NCBI GenBank assembly: GCA_050950505.1
Contig: JBMNHS010000001.1
Coordinates: forward strand, 32,001-96,000
From: Candidatus Methanomethylophilaceae archaeon
GTDB lineage: Archaea > Thermoplasmatota > Thermoplasmata > Methanomassiliicoccales > Methanomethylophilaceae
DNA length: 64,000 nucleotides
Direction: 5' to 3'
Below are positions 28,731-39,484 of the stretch, piece after piece; position 1 is the stretch's first letter, and each line of letters begins with the position of its first letter. A program made the position numbers and the translations under genes. The notes under the pieces were generated by a model. It did no database searches, was not told the DNA's origin, and saw only the letters and a list, made by a program, of their open reading frames with translations.

Positions 28731-30293
28731 ATGAAGTATCTGTCTCACCCTCGGATAGTTCCCGAAAAAATAGAAGAACGGGAGTATCAGGTATCGATGG
28801 CGAAAGGTTGTCTCAGTGACGACACTTTGGTTATTCTTCCGACGGGACTCGGAAAAACCGTAATCGCCCTCTATGTGGCCGCATGCATACTGGAACGGGG
28901 AAAAAAGGTTCTGATGGTGGCGCCCACCAAACCTCTGACGGATCAGCACGGGGCTTTTTTCAGCGAGAATCTTCTGAACACGGAAGTCGGAGTCATAAAC
29001 GGCGGAATGAAACCGGAACTGCGCAAATCCGTCATAGAGAATTCGGATTTGATAGTGTCCACCCCGCAGACCGTCGCCAACGATTTGGAAAACGGACGTT
29101 ACGATTTGGAAGAATTCGGGCTGGTCATTTACGACGAGGCCCACAGGGGAACCGGCAATTACGCATACGTGACGGTTGCGGAACACTGCGGAAGCGGAAT
29201 ATTGTCCATGGGCGTGACCGCATCCCCGGGAAGCGACATAAGAAAAATCGAAGATATCTGCAAAAATCTCGGTTTCGTGCGCATCGACGTCAGGGACGAT
29301 GACGACCCGGACGTCTCCCCGTACATTTTTGACACATACATCAAAAGAGTGGAGGTGGGAATGCCCCAGGATCTCACCGATATCATAGACCTGCTCCGGG
29401 GGCTTCTGGACCATTACGTGATTGAACTGACGAATCTGGGATTGTTCAATCCTCACTGGCCTCCTTCGACCAAGCACATGCTCGTGGTGGGGGAAACGCT
29501 TCAAAGAAGACTTGCCAGAGGGGAAAAGACCGCCATAGTGTTCAGGGGGTTGGTGGTCCACGCAATCTGCCTGAAGCTTCTCCATGCGATAAGCCTGGCC
29601 GAGACCCAGGGGATGAGCGCCCTCCGTTCGTATATTCTGAAAATCGAAAAGGATTCGGAAAAAGTCAAAGCCAGCAAAGGAACCGTAGAGATGGTGGAAC
29701 GGGAGGAATACAAAAAAATGATGAAAATCGCCATGAATTCCCCCGTGGAACATCCGAAAATATCCAGAGTCATGGGTATTGTCAGCAGAGTTCTGAATTC
29801 GTCGGAAACCTCAAAGGTGCTGGTGTTCACCCAATACAGGGATACCTGCGACATGCTGGTGGAAAAACTGTCCCTGATTCCCGGCGCAAGAGTCGGCAAA
29901 CTCATAGGCCAGTCCAAAGGCGGACTGAAACAGAGGGAACAGATAGAAGTGTTGGAAAAATTCCATTCCGGAGTCTGCAACGTGTTGGTATCCACTTCGG
30001 TTGGGGAAGAGGGTCTGGATGTCGCCAGTACCGATGCCGTGGTTTTCTACGAACCCGTTCCTTCCGAAATACGGACGATCCAGAGGAGAGGACGGACGGG
30101 CAGAAGCGACGACGGCGAGGTGTACGTGCTGGTGGCCAAAGGAACCATTGACGAAGTTTTCGAAAGATCCAGCAAAAAGAAAGAAGAACTCATGAGAAGC
30201 CGTTTGGAAAGTCTGAGCAAAACCCTGAAGGACAAAGTCCTCCCGGGCAAAGACAACGGGCAGAGAACGCTCGTGGACTTTGAAAATGATTAA
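28731..30293 (+). CDS. hef: Hef/FANCM-like SF2 helicase lacking the ERCC4 nuclease domain
   Basis: REYQ, LPTGLGKT, DEAH, TASPG, HPK, SVGEEGLD, QRRGRTGR; C-terminal PIP-like QRTLVDF. Confidence 0.88.
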   Translation: MKYLSHPRIVPEKIEEREYQVSMAKGCLSDDTLVILPTGLGKTVIALYVAACILERGKKVLMVAPTKPLTDQHGAFFSENLLNTEVGVINGGMKPELRKSVIENSDLIVSTPQTVANDLENGRYDLEEFGLVIYDEAHRGTGNYAYVTVAEHCGSGILSMGVTASPGSDIRKIEDICKNLGFVRIDVRDDDDPDVSPYIFDTYIKRVEVGMPQDLTDIIDLLRGLLDHYVIELTNLGLFNPHWPPSTKHMLVVGETLQRRLARGEKTAIVFRGLVVHAICLKLLHAISLAETQGMSALRSYILKIEKDSEKVKASKGTVEMVEREEYKKMMKIAMNSPVEHPKISRVMGIVSRVLNSSETSKVLVFTQYRDTCDMLVEKLSLIPGARVGKLIGQSKGGLKQREQIEVLEKFHSGVCNVLVSTSVGEEGLDVASTDAVVFYEPVPSEIRTIQRRGRTGRSDDGEVYVLVAKGTIDEVFERSSKKKEELMRSRLESLSKTLKDKVLPGKDNGQRTLVDFEND

Positions 30294-30317
30294 TAACTTC
30301 ACGGATATGAACGTACC

Positions 30318-32078
30318 ATGCTTTTCAAGGACCTGGCCGATACTTTCGACCGCATAGAGGCGGAACCCAGCCGCCTTGCTATGACGGCCATACTTTCGGA
30401 TTTCTTCAGATCCGTCGAAACCGACGAAATATCCGACGTGGTGTTTCTGACCCAGGGCAAACTCCGCCCGGATTTCTATCCTCAGGTACTCGGCATGTCC
30501 GACAAACTCATCATAAAAGCGATATCTTCCACCGTGGGAATGTCCGAATCCGAGGTGACCGAAGCCGTCATTGAGGAAGGCGATCCGGGATCCGCCGCTG
30601 AAAAACTGATTACGAACAAGAAACAGATGGCCCTGTTCTCCGACCCGTTGACTTTGAGAAGAGTGGTAAACGGACTTGCGGACATAGAGAACGCGGAAGG
30701 AAAGGACTCCCAAAACAGAAAAACGAAACTTCTGTCCAATCTTCTCCATGACTCGGAACCTGTGGAAGCCAGATACCTGTGCCGCATCGTGACGGGGAAG
30801 ATGAGGGTCGGCGCCGGAGCCATGACCGTTCTGGACGCTCTGGCCGATGCTTTTTCGAAAAAGGAAGACCGTCCCGAAATCGAACGTGCGTACAACATAA
30901 CCAGTGATTTGGGGCGTGTCGCGCACACCGTCGCCGAAGGCGGCATGGAAGCCATCAGGGCAATCGAAGTCAGCGTCGGAAGTCCGTTGAAAGTCATGCT
31001 GGCCGAACGTCTGCGGTCGATTCCGGAAACCGTGGAAAAACTCGGCGGAAAATGTGCCATGGAATACAAATACGACGGAATCAGAATTCAGGCCCACATC
31101 AAAAAGGATTCCGTGAAACTTTACTCCCGAAGACTGGAGGACATGACTTCCAACTTCCCGGACGTGGCCGAAGCCCTCCGGGCCCAATGCAAAGCGGATG
31201 AAGCCATAGTCGAAGGGGAGGCCGTCGCCGTTGACGGTGAAACGGGAAGCATGCTTCCTTTCCAAGAGGTTACTCACCGCAGAAAGAAACACGGCATAGA
31301 TGACGCGGTCAAAGAATACCCCGTACGTATGTTTCTCTTCGATTTGCTTTATCTCGACGGCAAAGACATGACTCCCGAGCCTTATCTCGACCGCCGCGGA
31401 GCCATAGAGGAAAATTTCGAAATTGCCGGAAACATCACCATGACCACCATGAGAATCGTCTCATCGCCGGAGGAAGGACAACAATTTTTCGACGAAGCTT
31501 TGGCGGCCAGATGCGAAGGGATAATGGCCAAATCAATAACGGAGGAATCCGTGTACCGGGCAGGAGCCAGAGGCTTCCTTTGGATAAAATACAAAAAGGA
31601 TTATCAGCAGGCTCTGGTGGACACTTTCGATCTCGCCGTCGTGGGGGCGTTCTACGGCATGGGAAAAAGAGCTGGAAAATACGGCGCGTTGCTGATGGCC
31701 GCTTATGACGAAGACACCGGAACCTTCGGAACCGTATGCAAACTCGGGACCGGGTTCGACGATGAATTTCTGGACCGGCTTCCCGAGATGCTTGAACCCT
31801 ACAGAAACGAAAAAATGCCTTCTTCGGTGGAAGCCAAGATGATTCCCGACGTTTGGTTCAATCCCAACATAATACTCGAAGTGACTGGGGCGGAGATCAG
31901 CGTAAGTCCGATACACACGGCCTCGATGGACCATGTGAAAAAAGAGTCGGGGCTTGGAATCAGATTCCCCAGATTCACCGGCAGGGTCCGCAACGACAAA
32001 GACGTCACCGAATGCACCACGTATTCCGAAATCACGAAAATGTATCTGATGCAGGAACGGAGTTCCGACGGTACGTGA
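30318..32078 (+). CDS. lig: ATP-dependent DNA ligase
   Basis: EYKYDG.R, EGE, FDLLY, EGIMAK, WIKYK, RFPRF. Confidence 0.96.
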   Translation: MLFKDLADTFDRIEAEPSRLAMTAILSDFFRSVETDEISDVVFLTQGKLRPDFYPQVLGMSDKLIIKAISSTVGMSESEVTEAVIEEGDPGSAAEKLITNKKQMALFSDPLTLRRVVNGLADIENAEGKDSQNRKTKLLSNLLHDSEPVEARYLCRIVTGKMRVGAGAMTVLDALADAFSKKEDRPEIERAYNITSDLGRVAHTVAEGGMEAIRAIEVSVGSPLKVMLAERLRSIPETVEKLGGKCAMEYKYDGIRIQAHIKKDSVKLYSRRLEDMTSNFPDVAEALRAQCKADEAIVEGEAVAVDGETGSMLPFQEVTHRRKKHGIDDAVKEYPVRMFLFDLLYLDGKDMTPEPYLDRRGAIEENFEIAGNITMTTMRIVSSPEEGQQFFDEALAARCEGIMAKSITEESVYRAGARGFLWIKYKKDYQQALVDTFDLAVVGAFYGMGKRAGKYGALLMAAYDEDTGTFGTVCKLGTGFDDEFLDRLPEMLEPYRNEKMPSSVEAKMIPDVWFNPNIILEVTGAEISVSPIHTASMDHVKKESGLGIRFPRFTGRVRNDKDVTECTTYSEITKMYLMQERSSDGT

Positions 32079-32126
32079 GCGCTTATTGTACAAAAGTATA
32101 AGATATAAGCAGGGATTGTGAGACGT

Positions 32127-32381
32127 ATGAAGATATATATTGTCGAAAGAACCGACAATTCCGTCAGCCTCGGACTTAAGAACGCAGACGTTACTATTAT
32201 ACAGCCTCTCATAGACATGCTGTACAAAAACCCTGACGTCGTTCTCGTCAGATACATGGAGGAGCACCCCGAACTCGAAGACAGGATTCTTTTCGTTCAG
32301 GTCAGCAAGGGCGACCCCCTGACCATCGTCAAAGAGTCGGCGGACGGCCTTTCCGAGTATTTTGCGGAGCTATTGTCTTAA
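32127..32381 (+). CDS. rpoL: RNA polymerase subunit L (Rpo11)
   Basis: length and pattern T..Q.L...L.....V....Y..EHP. Confidence 0.7.
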   Translation: MKIYIVERTDNSVSLGLKNADVTIIQPLIDMLYKNPDVVLVRYMEEHPELEDRILFVQVSKGDPLTIVKESADGLSEYFAELLS

Positions 32382-32382
32382 G

Positions 32383-33687
32383 ATGAGTTATCGGCCCTGC
32401 GACACAGACGAAGCCGACATCGGCATGCTGTACTACCTCAGCGACGTCGGGGGCACCGGCGGCAGAATCAAGACTTATCCGGAAGATTTCAGAGTAACTG
32501 AGATTTCCAACAGACCCCCGGAAGATCCCGAAGGCAGACACACCGTCGCCACGGTCACCGGCACCAACTGGGAATCGAACCGCATGATCCGTTTGATGGC
32601 CCGCGAGATGGGAATCTCCAGAGAACGGATAGGATTTGCCGGAACCAAAGACAAACGGGCGGTCACGTCGCAGCTGATGTCCTTCGAATGCCCTCCCGAT
32701 ACCCTGAAAAAGATAAATCTGAAAGACATCGAAATTTCCGACGTATACACCGCGAAAAACCCCGTAAGACTGGGAAATCTCGTCGGAAATGAATTTTCAA
32801 TCCGTGTCAGGGATTTGGATCTGGACCTGTCCGAGGTTCCCGAAGTTCTTGACAAAGTATCTTCCGACATCGACGAAACCGGGGGATTTCCGAATTATTT
32901 CGGGGTCCAGCGTTTCGGAGTGGTACGGCCGGTCACCCATATCGTCGGCGAACGGATTGTCCGCGGCGACATCGAAGGTGCGGTCAGAACCTATCTTTCG
33001 GAGCCTTCGAAATTCGAAAACGAAGATATAATCCGAGTGAGAAAGGAGTTGGCCGAAAGGGAGGATTGGAGGGAGTTGCTGAAAATCATGCCGGAATCCC
33101 TGGGATTCGAGAAATCCCTGGTGGGACACCTGATGAACAATCCGGAAGATTGGACTGGAGCTTTGTCCGTGCTGCCCAACAATCTTCAGATGATGTTCGT
33201 TCACGCCTACCAGTCTTATCTGTTCAACGTCATGCTGAGCAAAAGAATGGAAAAAGGGTTGCCCCTGAACCTTCCCGTTGAGGGGGACACCGTGATTCCT
33301 TTGACGGTTGACGGCACCCCCGATCACAACCATCCCGTAGTGGCCACATCGAAAAATTTGGATCTGGTCGCACACCAGGTCCGAACCGGAAGGGCTTTTG
33401 TTTCCATCATACTCTTCGGCAGCGACACGGAGATTCAGGAAGGGGTGATGGGAGAAATCGAATCTTCGGTGATAGAAGCCGAAAGAATCGGTCAATCGAA
33501 CTTCATCGTTCCCGAACTGACAAGGTGCAGTTCCAAAGGTTCCAGAAGGGAAATCGTCTGCACCGTGAACGATCTCTCATATTCACCGGGCGAAGACTTC
33601 TACGACGTGAATTTCTCCTTGACCAAAGGGAATTACGCCACCACCCTCATGAGGGAATTCATGAAGTCTCCGATGTTAAACTACTGA
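32383..33687 (+). CDS. truD: tRNA pseudouridine(13) synthase
   Basis: PEDF.V.E, FAGTKDKRAVT.Q, GN.F, PNYFG.QRFG, HAYQSYLFN, F.L.KG.YAT. Confidence 0.95.
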   Translation: MSYRPCDTDEADIGMLYYLSDVGGTGGRIKTYPEDFRVTEISNRPPEDPEGRHTVATVTGTNWESNRMIRLMAREMGISRERIGFAGTKDKRAVTSQLMSFECPPDTLKKINLKDIEISDVYTAKNPVRLGNLVGNEFSIRVRDLDLDLSEVPEVLDKVSSDIDETGGFPNYFGVQRFGVVRPVTHIVGERIVRGDIEGAVRTYLSEPSKFENEDIIRVRKELAEREDWRELLKIMPESLGFEKSLVGHLMNNPEDWTGALSVLPNNLQMMFVHAYQSYLFNVMLSKRMEKGLPLNLPVEGDTVIPLTVDGTPDHNHPVVATSKNLDLVAHQVRTGRAFVSIILFGSDTEIQEGVMGEIESSVIEAERIGQSNFIVPELTRCSSKGSRREIVCTVNDLSYSPGEDFYDVNFSLTKGNYATTLMREFMKSPMLNY

Positions 33688-36600
33688 GTTCTTTTATCGC
33701 CCTTGCGTTGTACACGCCGAGGTGGTGATCTTTCATCAAATCGTATACCGTGATGTTTTCGTCCAGGCCGAAAGCCAGTTCGGTGAGTTCCTCGGATAGG
33801 TGATCTATCCTGATTTCGGTGTTGAACACCTCGAAGATGTAGGAAACCAGAGTTTTCGCCTCGTCGGCGTCTTTCGCCCCTCCGGCGACAAAAGCCGAAG
33901 ATACGGATATCAACGGTTCCTCGTCTATGTTTTTGAGTTCCGCCCTCACCACGGCATAATGGGACAGTGATTCCATCCTTTCGAACTCCGGGGTGCCGGG
34001 GACTATGGGTCCGTACTCACGTATGTCCGAAAGATAGGACATGACTTTGTCGACGGTCCCGTTTCCGGGATCCAACATGCCGACTATGCCCGGATCGTCC
34101 AAAGGCCGTTTGCTCACGTAGGCCCTGCGCAGCAACTTTTCGGATTGTCTTTTGATAGCGTCGGACACTTCCGGGGAATCTTTTTCAGATTCGCCGGCGG
34201 CTTTCATGTACAGGGCGGAAGACTCCTGCTGCAATCCGTGTTCGGACAGCAATGCGGAGACTTTCTTCAGCGTTTCTTTGTCGGCAACGCCGTGTTCCGT
34301 CAGGTGTTCGTAAACTTCCTTCAATCCTTCCGTGTTCCCGGTTTTCGAATATATTTCCGCTCTTAAGGCCAGAGCTTTTGGGTTTTCGGGTTCATCTTCC
34401 AGCACCACCCGGATCACATTGTCGGCTTCTTCGAGATTCCCGTAAGAAACATATATCGAAGCCAGACGCACACGGGAAGTGTTGTCGGAACCCGATTTCG
34501 AAACGGCGGTCAGATAATCGGATATCGCCCCTTCCGAATTTCCGATTTTTTCCAGAACATCCCCGCGTTTGACATACACGTCGTGCCCGTCGTTTCCGGA
34601 ATCGATTGCCTTCCGGTAAGATTCCGCCGCATCGCCGTAATTTTCAATCTTTGCCTGTGTGTCTCCTTCGAGTTCGAGAAGACGGCCGGGGGATTCCGCG
34701 TATTCCAATCCCTTTCTGATCACCGCCAAAGCCCCTCCCGTGTCCCGCAGCGCCGAATAGATTTCGACCCGGAATGTGATGAATTCCAAATTCCCGGGAT
34801 CCGCGTCCAACGCCCGGTCGGTCAGTCTTGCGGCTCCCGTCAAATCTCCGGTGGAATAAAGGGAACGGGCAATGTTGAACAGAGATTCGGGATCCGATTC
34901 TTCCTGAGGCTTCCCGGGTATTTCTTCGGGTTCCTCTTCTATCGGCTCAAGCGTCGCATCCTCGTCGTAAAGTTCCATGCGTATGCGGTCGGCGGAGACC
35001 ATGTCCCCGTTATCGGCCAAAGCCTGAGCCAGATCCATTTTCACGGAACGGTTGTCCGGATCTTTTTCCAGTATACGGTAACAGACTTTGATGAGTTCCG
35101 GATAATCTCCCATAGACGTCAGTATTGATTTCTTTGACAGCAGCAACGGAACGGAATTGGGGTTTTTGGAAAGTTTTGAATTTATGAATGCCAGTGCTTC
35201 GGTTCGGTTTCCTATTTTCATCATACAGTCGGCGGCATCGACCATGGCGGACAGATTCTCGGAATCGATAACCAGTATTTCCATGCATATCGCAATGGCT
35301 TCCTTGTATCTGCCCGTATGAATGCATACTTCTTTTTTGATGTCGTAAATGTCTTTGTTCCAGGTGTTGACCATTATGGCCATGTCCAGGAAGTAAAGGG
35401 CTTCGTCATACCGTCCCACTTTGGAAAATATCATTCCTTTTTTGACCAAGGCGTAAACATTGTCCGGCTTCAGTTCTATGACTTTGTTGAGGGACTCCAC
35501 CGCACCGGGGTAGTCATTCTTTCGTTCCTGGACCGAAGCCTTTGAAATCCAGTGTTCCGGCCGGTTCAGATCGAGAAGGACCGCACGGTTGAATGCGTCT
35601 TCCGCCGAATCCAGATCTCCCGCGGCCTCATCGGCCATCCCTTTGGAATGCCAAGCCTCGGAAGAGTGGGGGTTCAACGCTGCGGCGGCGGCGAAAGAAA
35701 CCGATGCCTTCAGATATTCCCCCAGGGCATATTCCGCATTTCCCCTGAGCAGTTTGACTGCGGTCACGGATCCGTATTCCTCATCCATCTCTTCGCAGAG
35801 ATCCACGGCTTCCTGATACATGCCGTCGCCCACCAGGAGCTTTATGACGGAAACGAAATTGGAAGGTCTGGAATCCACGGCAATGGCTCTTCTGAACGAT
35901 GTCAACGAATCCTCGGTATCCCCGGCCTGCATTTTGGCTTCGGAATATTCAAGGATTATTTCGGCATTGTCCGGATCCGCCTCCAAAATCCTGTCGTACA
36001 TTTCCATCATTTTTTCTTTTTTCCCCAGAGAAACGTAAACGTCTTTGATCAGAATCAACGCTTCCGCGTCCTTCGGATTTTCTTTGACCAGGGTTCTGGC
36101 GTCTTTCATTGCTTTCTCTGGCCGTCCCATGGCGAACAGGACTTTTGCCCGTTGAAGACGCGGTTCGCGTTCTCCGTTTTCCGCTTTTACGGCCAGATTC
36201 GCCGCGTTGAGGGCCGCGGTGTAATTTCCCAGGGCCATTTCGTTTTGAGACGTCAGCAGATTGACTTCATAATTTTCCGGATAATTCAGCAGAATCCTGC
36301 TTATTATCGGATCGGCCTGAGTGTTCAGTCCGTGGGATATCAATATTTTTGCGCATTTCAGATATGTGTCCAAATCTGCTGATTCGGAATCCAGGAGCGC
36401 AAGGATTTTTTTCACGGCCTCGTCTTTCAAACCCGTTCTCATGTAAGCGTTTATCAGTTCGCCCATGACCATGGGGGATTGGGGATCTTCGAGTTCGGCT
36501 ATGTGGTACAATTTGAAAGCGCGGTCTTCGTTGCCTCCCATCAGTGAAACGCGTGCGGCTTCGCATAATACGAGAACGCATGCGTTGTCGATGAGACTGC

Positions 36601-37372
36601 TGTAGATCATTTCGGAAGAATGCCAATCCTCTTCGTAAGCGGACATTCTGGCCGCGGCAAGAATGAAATGAAAATCCCCGTCGTTGTATTCCGGGGAATT
36701 TACGAGAAGATCCGTGGCCGTATCCCGGTTCCCCCGGTGCCATTCGCAGTATATCTCGTAAAGTCTTTTCTGGGGGGTGTCTTCTTCCGCGGTTCCGCAG
36801 GCAACGGTTTTGCGTCCCGCATGCAACAGTTCGATGTTTCTGTAATACATCCAACCTCCGGAAGGGTCGGCTTTCTCCAACATTTTGTAAATCTGAGTGT
36901 TCAGGGGATCGCTGCACCTTCCCCTCTTGAGAGCGACTTTGGCGGAAGACAGGTCTCCGTCATCCAGAAGAAACTGGGCACGGACTATGCTTTTCAACGG
37001 AATATTTTGGATTTCTCCGACGGAACCGAGGAGGCTTTTCGCTCCTGCGGCGTCCCCTGCCTTGTGCAACAGCAAAGCGGCTTCCAGGGCCGGCGAAGAG
37101 TCGGAAGGCCTCCGTTTAGAAGCCAGTTCCGGCATCAGTTCGTTGAACCGTTCGCTTCCGGAGTCATACAGGGTGTCCATGAGTTTCACGAGTATCGCCG
37201 AGTCCATATGACTCTGAAGCGCCAGTATCTCATCGGCTATGCTTTCCGGGGAAACGGTTTTCCTTCCGATGGATAACCTGCCCGTCCCGGTGCCCGTCAG
37301 CTTCCTCCATATAACCAAATCGGAAGAGCTTTGGAAAATCGGCCCTGAACTCATTGCAGTCACATCTGCCAC
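33659..37372 (-). CDS. large tetratricopeptide-repeat protein (1237 aa)
   Basis: many TPR units (A...Y..AL..DP.N..A); start 37372 (GTG) or 37354. Confidence 0.85.
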   Translation of the reverse strand: MADVTAMSSGPIFQSSSDLVIWRKLTGTGTGRLSIGRKTVSPESIADEILALQSHMDSAILVKLMDTLYDSGSERFNELMPELASKRRPSDSSPALEAALLLHKAGDAAGAKSLLGSVGEIQNIPLKSIVRAQFLLDDGDLSSAKVALKRGRCSDPLNTQIYKMLEKADPSGGWMYYRNIELLHAGRKTVACGTAEEDTPQKRLYEIYCEWHRGNRDTATDLLVNSPEYNDGDFHFILAAARMSAYEEDWHSSEMIYSSLIDNACVLVLCEAARVSLMGGNEDRAFKLYHIAELEDPQSPMVMGELINAYMRTGLKDEAVKKILALLDSESADLDTYLKCAKILISHGLNTQADPIISRILLNYPENYEVNLLTSQNEMALGNYTAALNAANLAVKAENGEREPRLQRAKVLFAMGRPEKAMKDARTLVKENPKDAEALILIKDVYVSLGKKEKMMEMYDRILEADPDNAEIILEYSEAKMQAGDTEDSLTSFRRAIAVDSRPSNFVSVIKLLVGDGMYQEAVDLCEEMDEEYGSVTAVKLLRGNAEYALGEYLKASVSFAAAAALNPHSSEAWHSKGMADEAAGDLDSAEDAFNRAVLLDLNRPEHWISKASVQERKNDYPGAVESLNKVIELKPDNVYALVKKGMIFSKVGRYDEALYFLDMAIMVNTWNKDIYDIKKEVCIHTGRYKEAIAICMEILVIDSENLSAMVDAADCMMKIGNRTEALAFINSKLSKNPNSVPLLLSKKSILTSMGDYPELIKVCYRILEKDPDNRSVKMDLAQALADNGDMVSADRIRMELYDEDATLEPIEEEPEEIPGKPQEESDPESLFNIARSLYSTGDLTGAARLTDRALDADPGNLEFITFRVEIYSALRDTGGALAVIRKGLEYAESPGRLLELEGDTQAKIENYGDAAESYRKAIDSGNDGHDVYVKRGDVLEKIGNSEGAISDYLTAVSKSGSDNTSRVRLASIYVSYGNLEEADNVIRVVLEDEPENPKALALRAEIYSKTGNTEGLKEVYEHLTEHGVADKETLKKVSALLSEHGLQQESSALYMKAAGESEKDSPEVSDAIKRQSEKLLRRAYVSKRPLDDPGIVGMLDPGNGTVDKVMSYLSDIREYGPIVPGTPEFERMESLSHYAVVRAELKNIDEEPLISVSSAFVAGGAKDADEAKTLVSYIFEVFNTEIRIDHLSEELTELAFGLDENITVYDLMKDHHLGVYNARAIKELSSLTSETS

Positions 37373-37493
37373 ACAGTAGATAAAACTAAGGAGATTTTCA
37401 AGACTGAAAGGGAGGCACGGACCGCGACCGAAGGTTCTTAAGTCTCTGAATCTGCATCATGATTATATATCAGTGAAAAATTAGGGAAATTGT

Positions 37494-37569
37494 GCAGTCG
37501 TAATCTAGTTGGTTAGGATTCGAGCCTTCCAAGCTCGTCGCCCGGGTTCGAATCCCGGCGACTGCACCA
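37494..37569 (+). tRNA. tRNA-Gly(TCC)
   Basis: GCAGTCG/CGACTGC acceptor stem, CGAGC-CTTCCAA-GCTCG anticodon arm, GGTTCGAATCC, encoded CCA, upstream TATA. Confidence 0.95.
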
Positions 37570-37624
37570 ACTGAAATTTTTATTTTTTAGTGGTTTATTA
37601 TAGTTGTAATTCCTTTTCGAACGC

Positions 37625-37981
37625 ATGAGTACAGTGGTCGTTGACATGGCCCTTTGCGACAAAACCCACAAAATCACCGTTAAACTGAAAGAGGACGGAA
37701 ACCTCAGCCTGCACATCGCCACAGATTGTGAAAACATAAAAGAATACGCGAGGGTCCTGGGTGACACCCTGACCATCGCCGACGTGACCGATTGGATGAA
37801 CTCCAAGGTTTACGATCAAAAGAACTGTTCCGCCGCTTCCATAACCTGTTTGACTCCCGCGGGGATAATGAATGCCGCCTGGCTGGAATTGGGAATGATT
37901 TCAAAAACGAGAGCCGCCGATGTCCGGGCAAATTGCGTGAGATTCGTAAGAGAAGGCGAAGACAAGCTGATAGGCGAGTGA
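37625..37981 (+). CDS. small Cys-containing hypothetical protein (DUF6951-like)
   Basis: LCD....I, TDC.NI, C..P.G...A..LE.G; leaderless TATA at ~37596. Confidence 0.6.
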   Translation: MSTVVVDMALCDKTHKITVKLKEDGNLSLHIATDCENIKEYARVLGDTLTIADVTDWMNSKVYDQKNCSAASITCLTPAGIMNAAWLELGMISKTRAADVRANCVRFVREGEDKLIGE

Positions 37982-38030
37982 ATTTGCCGACACTCTGAAT
38001 TAAATACGCGTACGCAATGGCTCCGATTTG

Positions 38031-38882
38031 ATGAGTGAGCCTTCCGACACGCGGAATTTCCTGATTGGGGCGTTCATAGGCACACTCAGCATTCTTCCGG
38101 GTACCAGCGGCGGGGTCGCCGCGGTTGTGTTCGGAGTTTATGAAAGACTCGTTCGCAACATTGCGGATATTTTCAATAAAATAAAAACCGATTTCAGATT
38201 CCTGGCAACCATAGGGTTGGGCATATTGGCGGGTGTTTTGCTAACCGCTTTCGGCACCCGGTGGTTTATGTCCAATTTCGAAGTCATCGCCATGTTCCTG
38301 TTTACCGGGCTGATCATCGGGCAGTTTCCCGACGTTTACGGAATGACGAAGGTGGACAGGAAGAAAAAGACGTCTTTCCTGCATTATCTCGCTTTTGCCG
38401 TCGGTGTGTTTCTGACTCTGCTGTTGCTGTCGACGGAAGACTTCGGCGGGATAAGTCTGGAAATTTCCGGCAACCTCACGTCTTGCCTGCTGCTTGTTTT
38501 GACCGGGATCGTCATTGCCGCCGCCGTGATAACTCCGGGCATAAGCGGAAGCTCCCTGTTGTTGGTCATGGGCCTGTATTATCCCATTCTTACCGCGATT
38601 ACCGAGTTTGACATACTCGTCATACTCGTGTTCGGCCTGGGATTGGTCATCGGCGGCATCGGCTTCGCCAAATTGATTTCCTGGGCTTTGTCCAATTATT
38701 ACAAATCGACTTTCTTCATGATATTGGGTCTCACCGTGGGTTCGACCCTTATCGTGGGTTACAAAGCGGTAAGCATGACCGGGGGCTTGGCGGAAGGGCT
38801 GTTGGGGGCATTGGCATTGACCGCAGGATTCGCCATAAGCATTTGGCTTTCCAAAATCAACAGAAGATATTCTACGTCCTGA
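38031..38882 (+). CDS. DUF368 family membrane protein
   Basis: two repeats PG.SGG..A..FG.Y and PGISGS..LL..G.Y. Confidence 0.85.
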   Translation: MSEPSDTRNFLIGAFIGTLSILPGTSGGVAAVVFGVYERLVRNIADIFNKIKTDFRFLATIGLGILAGVLLTAFGTRWFMSNFEVIAMFLFTGLIIGQFPDVYGMTKVDRKKKTSFLHYLAFAVGVFLTLLLLSTEDFGGISLEISGNLTSCLLLVLTGIVIAAAVITPGISGSSLLLVMGLYYPILTAITEFDILVILVFGLGLVIGGIGFAKLISWALSNYYKSTFFMILGLTVGSTLIVGYKAVSMTGGLAEGLLGALALTAGFAISIWLSKINRRYSTS

Positions 38883-38929
38883 CACTTTCGGACGATAATT
38901 GATTTATCTTCTTTGCCTTACCGATACTT

Positions 38930-39484
38930 ATGTTCGGCCGTAAAATGAGCCTGTGGAAACTTAAGAGATTAGCCAAAGCGGGAGATCCCGATTCTTCTTT
39001 CGAAGTCGGATCCTGTTATCTCAACGGCATAGGCACCGAGAAAGATGTCGAAAAAGCCATTGAATTTCTCAAACTCGGCGCGGAACAGGGTTCCGCCGGT
39101 GCCGCATTGACTCTGGGGGATATGCTGGAACGGGGTTATGTCGACAAGGAAAACTACAAAATTTCCGATTACGACACCGCATTCCTTCTTTTCAAAATCG
39201 CCGCCGACGGAGGGTTGGCCGCGGGAACCCACAGAATGGGGATGATGTACAAAGACGGACGGGGAACTCCCCAATGCATCGAAACCGCCATGGCCATGAT
39301 CACCGACGCCGCCGAAAGAGGGTTGAACAAAGCCCGGATAGATCTTTATTACATATACCGGGACGGCAACTGTGTGGAAAAGAATCCGGAGAAGGCTTTG
39401 GAATACCTCAGAACCGCGGCGGAAGACGGCGACGTTTCCGCCATATCCCTTTTGGAAGAGTTTCATCCCGAAGAGAAACTTTGA
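38930..39484 (+). CDS. Sel1-like repeat protein
   Basis: LG..Y..G.G..KD...A......AA.QG repeats. Confidence 0.85.
   Translation: MFGRKMSLWKLKRLAKAGDPDSSFEVGSCYLNGIGTEKDVEKAIEFLKLGAEQGSAGAALTLGDMLERGYVDKENYKISDYDTAFLLFKIAADGGLAAGTHRMGMMYKDGRGTPQCIETAMAMITDAAERGLNKARIDLYYIYRDGNCVEKNPEKALEYLRTAAEDGDVSAISLLEEFHPEEKL

Noticed and set aside
29811-31292. Long antisense ORFs (for example 29811..31292, 1820..3250, 57058..58425)
   Set aside because: They are shadows of well-conserved genes on the opposite strand, with no recognisable motifs.
37494-37569. tRNA-Gly and tRNA-Asp as integration sites
   Set aside because: No integrase or transposase, and no duplicated tRNA 3' end, was seen in the window.
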